Positions 20,319 to 30,448 of a stretch of 64,000 nucleotides of DNA are shown here, in pieces. The DNA is from an uncultured Deferribacteres bacterium (lineage in GTDB: Bacteria; Zhuqueibacterota; Zhuqueibacteria; Zhuqueibacterales; Geothermadaptataceae). Each line of letters starts with the position of its first letter. Within the stretch, counting starts at the first letter, position 1. Below the pieces are notes generated by a model that saw only the letters and a program-made list of their open reading frames with translations, had not been told where the DNA came from and ran no database searches. Location of the stretch: NCBI GenBank assembly GCA_964014485.1, contig CAXHAT010000002.1, forward strand, positions 32,001 to 96,000. Direction: 5' to 3'. A program made the position numbers and the translations under genes.

Positions 20319-22340
20319 GAGTGCGCTTTCTGCATTCTCCGTTTCAACAGCTTCTTCTTTTGGCTCCATCCACATCCCATGCTTTTTGATCAACTCGATC
20401 AATCGGCGGTCAGCGTCTTCTTCCGGGATGTTTCTTTCCACACATTCCTTGCCCACAAACAAATTGACTTTTTTGTGTCCCGAACCAACATAGCCGAAAT
20501 CAGCGTCAGCCATTTCTCCCGGCCCGTTTACGATGCATCCCATAATGGCGATTTTCACGCCTTTTAAGTGATCTGTTTGCGCTTGAATTCGCTTTGTCGT
20601 CGTCTGCAGATTAAACAGGGTTCTGCCGCAAGACGGACAGGCGATGTACTCGGTTTTAGAAATCCGAATACGCGTCGCTTGCAAGAGCGTATAAATGAAA
20701 CGAAGCGCTTCTTCGTGATTCGTCGCTCCGGAAATTGAGACGGCGTCGCCAATGCCGTCATTGAGCAACGCGCCCATCGTTGCCGCGGCGTCCAATTGCC
20801 AATCTTTTTGGTCGCTCAAAACGCGGTAATTCAAAAGCAGCGGCGCGTCTAACCCAATTTCAGCTAGGGTTGCCAAGAATCGGCGAATATTCGTCAAAGC
20901 GCCGATCACATTAGCTGGCACGTTTACCCCCATAATAATTTTCCAAAAATCGTATTTCCGACATTGCGTAACCAGAAGGTTCAGGTTTTGGAAAAGCTGC
21001 GCTTGCTCAAACTCTGGAAGAGAAAAGCCGTCAAAGTCAACGAGCAGAGGTTGGTTCTTGCGAACGGCTTTTTTCACGGCTGAATGAAAGACACGTTTAA
21101 GATCGCCGACCTGGTTGATGGAAACAGAAATGCGTTGTGCATCTCCAATGCCGTCCGTGCTTGAAATTATTGGCGTCCAGCCGTAGTTATGCGTGCGCAT
21201 TTTCCCATTTTCTGCAATGACCCACTCCGGCTTTTGCTCTGCGGCCTGGCCAAGCACGGGCAGTTTGAGCGAGCCGCTGTTGGCGAAAACGCTGTCATGC
21301 AAAACTATGCGTACAGGCTCATTTCCTCCAACGCCTTCCCCAACGATTTGTACTGGATAAGAAACTCTTCTGGCGGGATTGAGAGGCGTGAAGCGTTTGA
21401 AATAATCACCCTCGTCCGCGCCGTCCTCTGCATTTGGTGACTGCGTTTCAATCCGAGAATTATATTTTTCGGCCAACGCCCGTGCAACGGGGATTTCGTA
21501 AATCGCATCTTCGGTCAAAGAAACGCGAATCGTGTCGCCGACGCCGTCCTCCAGCAAAGTGCCAATGCCGACAGCGGATTTAATGCGTCCGTCTTCGCCG
21601 TTGCCCGCTTCCGTAACGCCGAGATGCAGCGGATAAGTCATGTTGAGTTCATACATTTTGGCGACGAGCTGTCGGTAGGCCTGAATCATCACTTTTGTGT
21701 TCGACGCCTTCATTGAAATCACAATGTCGCGGTAGCTCAGGTCTTCGCAAATATGCAAAAATTCCAGCGCCGAAGCGACCATGCCTTCCGGGGTGTCGCC
21801 GTAACGATTCATCACGCGGTCGGAAAGCGAGCCGTGGTTGACGCCGATCCGCATCGCTACGCCGTTTTGTTTGCACTTGACGACCAGGGGAGAAAAACGC
21901 TCGCGAATTCGCTCCAGCTCCGCGAGATATTCCGAGTCTGAATACTCGCGAACTTCAAATTTTTTCTTGTCAGCGTAATTTCCCGGGTTAATGCGAACTT
22001 TATCAACATAATCCGCTGCGATCAGCGCTGCGTTTGGCGTGAAATGGATGTCCGCCACAAGGGGGACTTTGACGCTCGCTTTTTTAAGCGCTTGTTTTAT
22101 GTTGGCGAGATTGTGCGCCTCTTTCATTGAAGGCGCGGTAATTCGCACGATCTCACAGCCGGCCTCGGCCAAGCCAACGGCTTCGCGAACCGTCGCTTCC
22201 GTGTCCATCGTGTCAGAAATTGTCATCGACTGAACGCGGATCGGGTTTTCCCCGCCAATGCCGATGTCGCCGACCATGACTTCGTGGGTTGGTCGACGTT
22301 TATATTGAAAAACGCTCTCGCAATATTTCTGTCCGAACAT
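20313..22340 (-). CDS. ispG: (E)-4-hydroxy-3-methylbut-2-enyl-diphosphate synthase, long three-domain form
   Basis: PIRVQSMT, PLVADIHF, RINPGN, RIGVNHGSLS, PLHLGVTEAG, GDTIRVSLT, CPSCGRTLF and MGCIVNGPGEM. ATG at 22340 has AGGAG upstream. Confidence 0.96.
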   Translation of the reverse strand: MFGQKYCESVFQYKRRPTHEVMVGDIGIGGENPIRVQSMTISDTMDTEATVREAVGLAEAGCEIVRITAPSMKEAHNLANIKQALKKASVKVPLVADIHFTPNAALIAADYVDKVRINPGNYADKKKFEVREYSDSEYLAELERIRERFSPLVVKCKQNGVAMRIGVNHGSLSDRVMNRYGDTPEGMVASALEFLHICEDLSYRDIVISMKASNTKVMIQAYRQLVAKMYELNMTYPLHLGVTEAGNGEDGRIKSAVGIGTLLEDGVGDTIRVSLTEDAIYEIPVARALAEKYNSRIETQSPNAEDGADEGDYFKRFTPLNPARRVSYPVQIVGEGVGGNEPVRIVLHDSVFANSGSLKLPVLGQAAEQKPEWVIAENGKMRTHNYGWTPIISSTDGIGDAQRISVSINQVGDLKRVFHSAVKKAVRKNQPLLVDFDGFSLPEFEQAQLFQNLNLLVTQCRKYDFWKIIMGVNVPANVIGALTNIRRFLATLAEIGLDAPLLLNYRVLSDQKDWQLDAAATMGALLNDGIGDAVSISGATNHEEALRFIYTLLQATRIRISKTEYIACPSCGRTLFNLQTTTKRIQAQTDHLKGVKIAIMGCIVNGPGEMADADFGYVGSGHKKVNLFVGKECVERNIPEEDADRRLIELIKKHGMWMEPKEEAVETENAESALL

Positions 22341-22537
22341 TTCGGAGTTCTCCTGCTGAGGGTAAAAATCAAAAAGGCCGAAAATAAGATTTTGGAAGGG
22401 TAAAATCAAGCGCTCCAATTTGCCGTTTGGCTACGAATACGTGGAGATATTGGTTTGGCGAGTGAAATGATTGGCTTAAACTGAGCGTACGGCGCTAAAT
22501 TGTTGTTTTGGAAGATGCTTTGGGCGGCAGATGCAAA

Positions 22538-22610
22538 AGCGAATGACGAGATTCGAACTCGCGACATCCGGCTTGGGAAGCCGACGCTCTACCAACTGAG
22601 CTACATTCGC
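22538..22610 (-). tRNA. tRNA-Gly (anticodon CCC); CCA not encoded
   Basis: Reverse complement GCGAATGTAGCTCAGTTGGTAGAGCGTCGGCTTCCCAAGCCGGATGTCGCGAGTTCGAATCTCGTCATTCGCT forms a full cloverleaf with D loop, TTC-GAA loop and CCC anticodon. Confidence 0.96.
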
Positions 22611-22718
22611 TTATGACTGAAGATGATCGTTATAATACGCGATTTCTGAAAATAAGCAAGCGAAAAGTAGAAGTGCGGCATGTGAAAAGGCGCAATATTT
22701 TGCGCCTCAAAAAAAGAT

Positions 22719-25103
22719 TTACGCCGCACGTCGGCGAGATCTGGCGATTAGCGGGAAGACAATTCCTGCTATCAAGAGAAACCCGCCAAGCCCCATCATC
22801 ACGTGGGCTTGCATTGCTCCAGACAGCCCTGTCGTGGCTTGCAATGTGTTGGCGCTTCCGCCGAAGCGCTGTCCCCAGAGAACCGTTGATTTCGGAACGA
22901 GGCTGTTCGATTCAAATTGAAAAATGTCTCCTGATTGCGCCGTCAGCACAACGTCCAGTTTTTCATCCCCGCGAAAATCAGCGATGACCGGCATACTGGT
23001 TCTTTCTCGCAAAGGCTCCGCTGTGTTCCAGACAGCTTTGCCTGTAGCGCCGTCCAGGATTTTGACGACTCCGGTCATGTCGACGTAAATAACGTCGGCA
23101 AGACGGTCTTTGTTGACGTCAGCGAGCGTCATGCCTTGCATAATGGCTGCGCCGTTATTTGGCGTGTGTTCCCAAAGCGGTTTTGCGCCGCCGCCTTCTC
23201 CGCTTCCCTGAAACGCTTGCAAACGACCGCTTTCGCTGGCGACGACAACATCACTGAGTCCGTCTCCGGTCAAGTCGCCGAGGGCAATTGGAAAGACGAA
23301 ATCCTGCGTAAGTGAAAGTCCGTCGCTAAGCTTCGCCTCCCAAAGCCCTTCGCGCCGCGCGCCGTCAACCACGATAATGTTGCCCTGCACGCTGCTCATC
23401 GCAAGGTCAGGCGTCTTGTCGCCGTTAAAATCAGCCACGCCGACAGGAAAACGAATTTGATTCTCGCCGTAGAATGAACCTCGCGCCTTGTTCAGCTCGG
23501 TGTTCATATCCACGGAGCCGGCGATTTGACGCGTTGCGCCGTCTATGATTAAAACCAGGCCGCGATCCGTGCCGCTCAAAATTTCACTCTTGCCGTCCTG
23601 ATCCAGGTCAGCGCTGGCAAGTGCGCTTTTCACCGGCAAGCCGAGTTCAACCAGCGTCCATTCCATATTGTTGACTGCGTCGCCATAGCCGATTCTTACG
23701 GCGCCGTGCTCTTCCGCGATAGCTGCGTCGATGTTACCGTCGCCGTTAAAATCAGCCGCGATGGGCGCGCCAGTAAACGGGCCGTTGAAAAACGGGCTCA
23801 TCCAGATTTCAGCGCCGATCTTTCCGTCAACGGCGAAAATCCGTCCGTTGTCCGAAACGAACAGCAAATCGGCCAGGCCGTTCTTGTTTAAATCCGCCGC
23901 AACGAGCTGCGCCGCCGGCCGGGCTTGCACTGTTGTCATCGTCCAGACGCTGCGTCGTCGTTCGCCGTCGATAAGCATTGGATTGTTGCTCGAAGTCAGC
24001 ATTGCAATATCAACAAGGCCGTCGCCGTTGAAATCGCTGACCGCCGGTGAAGGCTGGAAAATGTTGACGCCGCCGTATGAAGATTGCAGTCCGAAGCTTT
24101 CGGATGAGCCGTCCGCGCTTTGGCCCCAGTCGGTCATCTGAACGGAAAACGGATCAGGTTTTTGCGCAATCACCGAGCGATCGAGCCAACCTTTGGTCAA
24201 AAGAAAAATTCCGCTCAAAACCGCGGCGGCGGCGACGAGCGTGGAAAGCTTGCTGCGATAACGCACCGACCAAACGCCCGCTTTTTTCGGGGGCGCGAAA
24301 CTGGCGCTTTGTTCTTCTGCAAAGCGGAAAATCGTGCTCTGCTGGTCGCTGACAATTTCGATCTCATCGCCGGGCTGGAGCACGGTCTCGCCGGTTTCCG
24401 GAATTTCAATTTGATTGACGAAAGTTCTGGTCTTGCTGCGCTTGTCGCTAACAACAAACTGCCCGTCGCGATACTGCACCGTGGCGTGTCTGCGCGAAAT
24501 GCTCGGGTCGATTTCACCGCGCTTGTTTTCACGAATAACAATGTCGTTCAATTTGTTATCGCGCCCAATTCTGGTTTCGCCATAACGCAGGCGAAACTTT
24601 TTGCCGCGATAAGGGCCGTAAATCGCCAGCAAGTAGTAGGGCGCCGTCTCTCCGGCGCCGCCGATAGATTGCTCGTAACTCTGGGAACTTTCATTCATCG
24701 TCACCGGTGAAGCGTCGACTGTGATTTCTCCGGTCGCTGAGCCTTCGCCCGCCGCCGATTCTGCTGCGGCATGTGTGATTTCTGGAGAACTTTGGCCAAT
24801 GTAGTCAAGCGGATTGTCGAACAAAATTTCGTGTTCGCCGATTTTGATTTGGTCGCCGTTGTTCAGTGGCTGGCGCTTGCTCAACTTGGCGCCGTTTAAC
24901 AGCGTGCCAAATGCACTTTTCATGTCCTGAACAAAAAACGCATTATCAATTCTGGTTAACTTGACGTGGGTCATGGAGACGCGCTTGTCTTCCAGGACCA
25001 GGTCATTTTGGTCTTCCGAACCTATGGTGAAGTATTTTTGTTCACCTGAAAGGTTAAGTTCTTTGAGAACTTCCGCTTTTTTCTTAACGATCAACCGTGG
25101 CAT
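22719..25103 (-). CDS. Membrane protein with two N-terminal FHA domains, TM, extracytoplasmic FG-GAP/VCBS repeat propeller and C-terminal TM
   Basis: FHA motifs (IGSEDQNDLVL..SMTH; IGRDNKLND..SRRHA); TM LVAAAAVLSGIFLL; about 7 repeats of type DFNGDG/DLNKNG/DLDQDG/DLTGDG/DVNKD; C-terminal TM followed by RSRRRAA. Confidence 0.88.
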   Translation of the reverse strand: MPRLIVKKKAEVLKELNLSGEQKYFTIGSEDQNDLVLEDKRVSMTHVKLTRIDNAFFVQDMKSAFGTLLNGAKLSKRQPLNNGDQIKIGEHEILFDNPLDYIGQSSPEITHAAAESAAGEGSATGEITVDASPVTMNESSQSYEQSIGGAGETAPYYLLAIYGPYRGKKFRLRYGETRIGRDNKLNDIVIRENKRGEIDPSISRRHATVQYRDGQFVVSDKRSKTRTFVNQIEIPETGETVLQPGDEIEIVSDQQSTIFRFAEEQSASFAPPKKAGVWSVRYRSKLSTLVAAAAVLSGIFLLTKGWLDRSVIAQKPDPFSVQMTDWGQSADGSSESFGLQSSYGGVNIFQPSPAVSDFNGDGLVDIAMLTSSNNPMLIDGERRRSVWTMTTVQARPAAQLVAADLNKNGLADLLFVSDNGRIFAVDGKIGAEIWMSPFFNGPFTGAPIAADFNGDGNIDAAIAEEHGAVRIGYGDAVNNMEWTLVELGLPVKSALASADLDQDGKSEILSGTDRGLVLIIDGATRQIAGSVDMNTELNKARGSFYGENQIRFPVGVADFNGDKTPDLAMSSVQGNIIVVDGARREGLWEAKLSDGLSLTQDFVFPIALGDLTGDGLSDVVVASESGRLQAFQGSGEGGGAKPLWEHTPNNGAAIMQGMTLADVNKDRLADVIYVDMTGVVKILDGATGKAVWNTAEPLRERTSMPVIADFRGDEKLDVVLTAQSGDIFQFESNSLVPKSTVLWGQRFGGSANTLQATTGLSGAMQAHVMMGLGGFLLIAGIVFPLIARSRRRAA

Positions 25104-25143
25104 CTATGCATCTCCCTTGCAACGTGCGAGAATTTCCTTAAAT

Positions 25144-27996
25144 CTATTTTCTTGCGGTCAGCCGAAAAGTCAACCTGTTTTGCTGATCGGTTCTAATTCT
25201 GAGGTTTTTGGTGCTGGCCTCATAGCCCGGCTTAATAACGGTGAATTGATAATTGCCTGGAGGTAATTCGCCAATAACCGCCCCGGCCGGATCGGATACG
25301 CCAAGCTGCTGCTCTCTCTCCTGAGCCCCCCGAATTTTGTACAAAACCTGTGAAACGTTGACAGGTTCGTTGCTGTTATCGTCAACGATAAAAATGGAAA
25401 TGGCCGCCGTTTCCGGCTTCATTCGCGCCACAATCGTTTTGGCGTCGGGCGGAATCTGGACATAAGTGTCTTTGTGCCCTTTTTTTCGGAGAACAGCCGT
25501 GTAGCGCAGCGGCAGCAGGGTGACGTCGGTTGGCGTCGTTTCGTTGAATTTGGTTGAATTGTCGCGAGAACGCAGTTCAACCAAAGTTGCTTCAAGATCG
25601 CTGTCATCGCCGCTGTTTGCGTCTTTCGCAAAAATGCGAACCACCCGTGAAAGACTTTCCGTGAGTTCAACAGGCGTGTTTTGATCGACGTCCAGGCTGA
25701 AACGGCGCGGCAAATAACCGCCCTTGCGCAGCGTAATCACATGCTGCCCAACGGTCAAAAACAATGACCCGCTCAAGCCGGTAATACCGACGGGGCGCTC
25801 ATCTTCGTCGAGATAAATTTCAGCGCGCGCCGGATTGGAGTTTATCGTAATGCCTTTTCTGAACACGCCTTCGATGGCAAAATGATCTTTGGTGTTGTCG
25901 AGACGCTGAAATTTCCAGAAACGACGGTCGCTGATGGTTTCAGCTCCCTGAACGCCGTCGATTTCCATGCCTTCAAGGGTCGGAAAACCTGGGCGCGACA
26001 TGCGGATGCGCATCGGTTCTTCCGACACGTCCCAATAAACTGTTGTCGGCGTTTGCTGCGCCAATTTCACTTCGTTAATAAAAACGTCCGCCCCGGGAGG
26101 TTGTGAAGAAAGCTCCAACTGCGCTTTGAATTTAAACACGTACGGCGTACTCGCACTGCGAGACTCTTCTCCGGCAATCTTGAGTTGTTCACCTTGCCCG
26201 GGAACAGTAATCGATTTCACGATGGGATCGAAGCGCGGAATCGTCAGCATGAGTTTGTGAACGCCTGGCGTGATTTCTTCGATTCTCAGCGGAGTCGTTT
26301 GTTGCAAAGGTTTGTCATCAATGAAGACTTGCGCTCCGGCGGGGACAGATTCGATTTTGATAGCCGGGGGAAAAATCGTGTCGTAAATCGCGACGCCGAA
26401 GGGTGTGAATTGCATAAACGCGTCCGCTGCAGCGAAGCCAATAAACAGAGTCAGCAGGGAAAACAAGCCGATCAAAAGGCCGCGCTTGTGCGAGCGTGCG
26501 GAAAGCCTGACGACGTCAATAATCGTCTTTAATTCTTCATCTTCACCCTCGTCAGCGACGCCGACGTCATTTTTTTGTTCGGGCATGATCGTATAAAATG
26601 AAGAAACAGGCTCCGCGCTTTGAGCGTTTTCCGTTTCCAAGACTTCAACGACCGGTTCGTCTTCGACAGGCGGCGCTTTCTCTTTTTTGGCGCGTTTGGG
26701 TTTTGCCTTTCTACCTTTTGATTTTGGAGCGTCGTCCGTTTTCGTTGAAGCGCTTTTTTCAGAATCTTGATTCATTTGCCGGGTCAGCTTTTCCACTTCC
26801 GTGGTTTGCGTCGCCTCTTTCAGCTCAACCTTTTCTTGCGATTGCTGACTTTCAAGTTCATTCACGGCTTGATCTGAAATTTCGATCAAGTCTTCCAATC
26901 CGTCATTGGTCGCGCCTGCGGGAACGGCGTTTTCTGTTTTCTTAGCTGTCTTGGCGCGCGTTTTTTTCGCACTGCGGCGCTTGGAAGATGAAGTTGTTTT
27001 GGCGCTTTGCGCTTTTTTGCGAGTCGGCGGCTTTTTCTTTGGTTCCGCCTTTGTGGGGGGCGCCGTGTCCTCAGCCGGAGCCGCTGCGCCGACAAATTCG
27101 GAAAGCTCTTGTACAAAATCTGATGCCGGAGCCGTCATAATCAAGTGGTGCATCAAATCCATGTACATGTGATTAGCGCTTGGGTAACGTTCTTCAGGCT
27201 TGGGAGCAAGCGCTCTTTTAACGGCGTCGCGCAGCTTTTCCGGTGTTTCCAAAGCGTCGAGTTTGGAAACGTCCCATTTGCCGCTTTGAAGTTGCGTGAT
27301 GGTCTCTTGCGGCGATGTGGAAGCGAAGAGCCGTTCGCCGGTGATGATTTCGTACAAAACGAGACCAAGTGAGAAAATATCCGTTCTGCGGTCGGGGTCG
27401 GTTTGACCGTTTAGCTGCTCCGGAGCGAGATAATTGAGCGTGCCTTGTACCGAGATTTCATTTTTTTTCTTAGACTGTTGACGGCGCAAATTCGCCATCC
27501 CAAAGTCGATAATCTTGACTTCGCCGTTGCGCGTAATCATGATATTCGACGGAGAAATATCCTGGTGGACAACGTTGAGCGGCTCATTCGTTTCAGTGTC
27601 GCGCCGGTTATGCGCGAAGTCGAGACCGGCGCAAGATTCCGCGACGATGTAAACGCCCAAGTGCAATGGAATTTGCTTTCCGCTCTTTTGGGCCGATTTC
27701 AGCAGTTGCGACAAATCCGGGCCGTCGATAAATTCCATGATGATATAGAATTGGCCGTTATCGCCGCGCTTGATGTCAAACACATGAACGATATTGTGGT
27801 GATTTAGCCTGGCGATGTGCAGCGCTTCGGCTTGAAACATGTCGATGTATTTTGCTTCTCCCAAAAGCGAGGGATCGACGGCTTTAATAGCCACGGATTT
27901 CCCGAAGAGCAAGTCCGTACCCCGGTAAATGATACCGAAGCCTCCGCGCTTGATCTCTTGTTGAATTTCGTACTTTTCGTCAATGACGGTTGTCAT
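25144..27996 (-). CDS. Hanks-type Ser/Thr protein kinase with low-complexity linker, TM and extracytoplasmic PEGA/Ig-like domains
   Basis: GGFGIIY, VAIK, HQDISPSN, DFG, YLAPE and DIFSLG; TM; PEGA motifs IESVPAGAQVFID, SSQPPGADVFIN and NSNPARAEIYLD. ATG at 27996 has GAGGA upstream. Confidence 0.92.
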   Translation of the reverse strand: MTTVIDEKYEIQQEIKRGGFGIIYRGTDLLFGKSVAIKAVDPSLLGEAKYIDMFQAEALHIARLNHHNIVHVFDIKRGDNGQFYIIMEFIDGPDLSQLLKSAQKSGKQIPLHLGVYIVAESCAGLDFAHNRRDTETNEPLNVVHQDISPSNIMITRNGEVKIIDFGMANLRRQQSKKKNEISVQGTLNYLAPEQLNGQTDPDRRTDIFSLGLVLYEIITGERLFASTSPQETITQLQSGKWDVSKLDALETPEKLRDAVKRALAPKPEERYPSANHMYMDLMHHLIMTAPASDFVQELSEFVGAAAPAEDTAPPTKAEPKKKPPTRKKAQSAKTTSSSKRRSAKKTRAKTAKKTENAVPAGATNDGLEDLIEISDQAVNELESQQSQEKVELKEATQTTEVEKLTRQMNQDSEKSASTKTDDAPKSKGRKAKPKRAKKEKAPPVEDEPVVEVLETENAQSAEPVSSFYTIMPEQKNDVGVADEGEDEELKTIIDVVRLSARSHKRGLLIGLFSLLTLFIGFAAADAFMQFTPFGVAIYDTIFPPAIKIESVPAGAQVFIDDKPLQQTTPLRIEEITPGVHKLMLTIPRFDPIVKSITVPGQGEQLKIAGEESRSASTPYVFKFKAQLELSSQPPGADVFINEVKLAQQTPTTVYWDVSEEPMRIRMSRPGFPTLEGMEIDGVQGAETISDRRFWKFQRLDNTKDHFAIEGVFRKGITINSNPARAEIYLDEDERPVGITGLSGSLFLTVGQHVITLRKGGYLPRRFSLDVDQNTPVELTESLSRVVRIFAKDANSGDDSDLEATLVELRSRDNSTKFNETTPTDVTLLPLRYTAVLRKKGHKDTYVQIPPDAKTIVARMKPETAAISIFIVDDNSNEPVNVSQVLYKIRGAQEREQQLGVSDPAGAVIGELPPGNYQFTVIKPGYEASTKNLRIRTDQQNRLTFRLTARK

Positions 27997-28104
27997 AGTT
28001 TTCGCAATCCTCAATACTTCAGCTTTGCTATAAAAGATTGGCCGCTTCCATGTACATTTTCCCGGAGGGTGTTCAGGCAGGCGATAATGCGTGCTTCGCG
28101 CCAA

Positions 28105-28120
28105 AGCAATTAATATGCCA
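28105..28120 (-). promoter_or_regulatory. sigma54 (-24/-12) promoter upstream of the kinase-FHA operon
   Basis: The minus strand reads TGGCAT-ATTAA-TTGCT, matching TGGCAC/T-N5-TTGCW with exact spacing, about 110 bp upstream of the kinase ATG. Confidence 0.7.
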
Positions 28121-28417
28121 CTGGTCGTGTGTAGTAGGTTGTTGATTTAAAAGAATTTAAGGCGCCTTGAAAGTTTCTGGATTGACACATCGCAAGAAAC
28201 TTGTATCACGCTGAAACAGGCGTCTTGGATCGGACAATAAGCGTCGCTCGAGCTGATAAAAACAAAGGCCAAAACGGATTTCGCGCCGCCGCGCGCCGAA
28301 CGCCGACTCCAATAAATGACGAGCGGAATGAATTCGCAAAGAGCGCATCCAGGAAGGTTCAACTTTGCCTGTTTTCACCATTAAAATTCGAAGAATCGGA
28401 AGCCGCCCGGAGATGTT

Positions 28418-30055
28418 CTAAGACTCCGTGCGCCGCTCAGCCATTTCTTTTTTCAACGCGTCCTCAAGCACAAGAATGGCTTCATTGTCAGGTTTGCCCG
28501 CCCCAAGGTAGCTGTTTGTGACGATTGTGTTGATTTCAGCAAACCGCCTTGTTTCAAGCTTTAACTTTAGCACTGTTTTATAAATTTTCATCGCTTCAAT
28601 ATCTTCCCTGCCGCTCAAAAGATAAAGATTCGCGAGGGCGGCGTAGAGCTTGAGATTGCCCGGATTCCGTTCCATCGCTTTTTCATAAATGAGCGCCGCC
28701 GCGTGGTAGTTACCGCGCATGGTGTACAGTTTGGCGCGCGCCACAGGCGAAAACGCCGCAAAGATGATCAAAGGAATCATGACGCCGGCGATGACGCCGC
28801 CGCGCAGAATCCAGCCGTCAAAGCCGGTGCTCTGCTCAGGGTGCTTTTCAATTTCTGAGGAGTAAGCGTCGTTAAAGTTGGATTTCGCCGTTTCCATGAG
28901 GGCGTTAACGTCGCGAAAAGCCGTGTCGTGGGAAACGATGATTTCGAGATTCGCTAGGCTTTCTCGCCACTTGTCGTCATCCTGAAAAGCCAATGCTCCT
29001 AGATACAATGAATCCAGATAGGCTTCGGTTGCGGTTGTTTCATCTTGCTCGAGATTCGGGCTTGCGTTTTCCAAAATTTCTTCGCCTTCGCTGGCGAGTT
29101 CTGGAATAAAACCGCTGCTGCTATCGGCGCTGGCAACAAGAGTATCTGGAATTGAAGAAACACTGGATGGCGATTTTTGTGGAACGACGGCGTCGGCAAC
29201 CTTTGCGGAATCCTGTACGCCATCTTGCCCAACCAAATTTTGGGTAGAGTCTGAAACGGCTTTAGAAACAAAAACGGGCGGCTTCTCATGCTTTTTGAGC
29301 CGTTCGTTCTGAGCTGCGGCGCGTCTTGTTTCCAACTGTTCCTTTAAAATCGCATCAATCTCCGCCAGGCGCTCCGTCACGTTGCGGAAATCAGGCTTTT
29401 TCTGGCTGATTTGCAGCAGCAGCGCCTTGGCGCCGTACAAATCCTGAGATTCAATCTTCTGCATTGCGGCGTCGTAAAGCTTCTGCAGTTCTTGCGCAGC
29501 TTTTGTCATGGAAAGCAGATTGTCAAAGTAGCTTCGGTCGCCCGCGTTATAAGCGCGACCGGCTTGCAGTTCAACGATTGCTTCGTCGTACCGCCCTTGG
29601 TTGTATAAAATTCGCCCGCTTTCAAAGCGCGTCCGCGAAAGGAGGGACTTGTCCACGTTGAGGTTGCGAGCTTGTTGGAAAAACTGTAGGGCGAGGTTTG
29701 CGTTGCCAACTTTTGAGTGTAATTTTGCCAGTTGGAAAAGCACTTTATACTGCGTTCGAGCCCCGCTGCCGGGAAAGGCGCTCTTGTGCGCTCTGTTTAA
29801 GTAGATTTCTGCGCGTTTGAAATTCGTCTTTTGCTGGTAAATTGTTGCCAACTCGAGCAGTGCGGCAATATTGTCGGGGTCTGCTTCCAGAGTCTTTTGC
29901 AGCGCATCGATCTTTTTGTTGTCGTCTTTTTTCTTAAGAGCGCGCTCATGTTGCTTCTTGGCGTCGCCGCCCTTTTCTTGAGCTTGCAAAGCGTCGCCCC
30001 ATTGAAACAATATTCCCCCCAAAAGCACTGCTATAACGCCGGTGAATTTCCTCAT
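28418..30055 (-). CDS. Bitopic membrane TPR protein (signal peptide, TPRs, S/D/E-rich linker, TM, C-terminal TPR)
   Basis: N-terminal signal peptide; DPDNIAALLELATIY-type TPRs; TM GGVIAGVMIPLIIFAAF; C-terminal AALIYEKAMERNPGNLKLYAALANLY. Confidence 0.8.
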   Translation of the reverse strand: MRKFTGVIAVLLGGILFQWGDALQAQEKGGDAKKQHERALKKKDDNKKIDALQKTLEADPDNIAALLELATIYQQKTNFKRAEIYLNRAHKSAFPGSGARTQYKVLFQLAKLHSKVGNANLALQFFQQARNLNVDKSLLSRTRFESGRILYNQGRYDEAIVELQAGRAYNAGDRSYFDNLLSMTKAAQELQKLYDAAMQKIESQDLYGAKALLLQISQKKPDFRNVTERLAEIDAILKEQLETRRAAAQNERLKKHEKPPVFVSKAVSDSTQNLVGQDGVQDSAKVADAVVPQKSPSSVSSIPDTLVASADSSSGFIPELASEGEEILENASPNLEQDETTATEAYLDSLYLGALAFQDDDKWRESLANLEIIVSHDTAFRDVNALMETAKSNFNDAYSSEIEKHPEQSTGFDGWILRGGVIAGVMIPLIIFAAFSPVARAKLYTMRGNYHAAALIYEKAMERNPGNLKLYAALANLYLLSGREDIEAMKIYKTVLKLKLETRRFAEINTIVTNSYLGAGKPDNEAILVLEDALKKEMAERRTES

Positions 30056-30448
30056 GACGCCTCTCTGCTTCGGTATAGCTGTCGTCTTTTTTTGTCATGA
30101 TCCCCAAAACCGGACTTGTAAAACAGACTATTCCGATTACTCTGACTCAGCTTTGTTCAAAATGAAAATGTTGAAGCGCACGGACTGCCTTGCCGTTCCG
30201 TTTAAGTTGGCCCACAAGCAACCGCCCGGCTTTTCCGGCCCGTTTCTTCTTTTATTCGGTTTCAATAAAAGCAAGTAGCGTGAATCCTGGCTTTCATCGA
30301 TTTAAACGTATTGTAGTAAGTACTGAAAAATTGTCGAATTTGCGGTAAGAGAAATGTAATTAATCATAGGAAGAAGGTGGAGTGAGCGCGACCGATTCTC
30401 GACCGCGCTTGTATAAAATGATTCGCCCCCTGCGAAAGGCTTGCCTCA

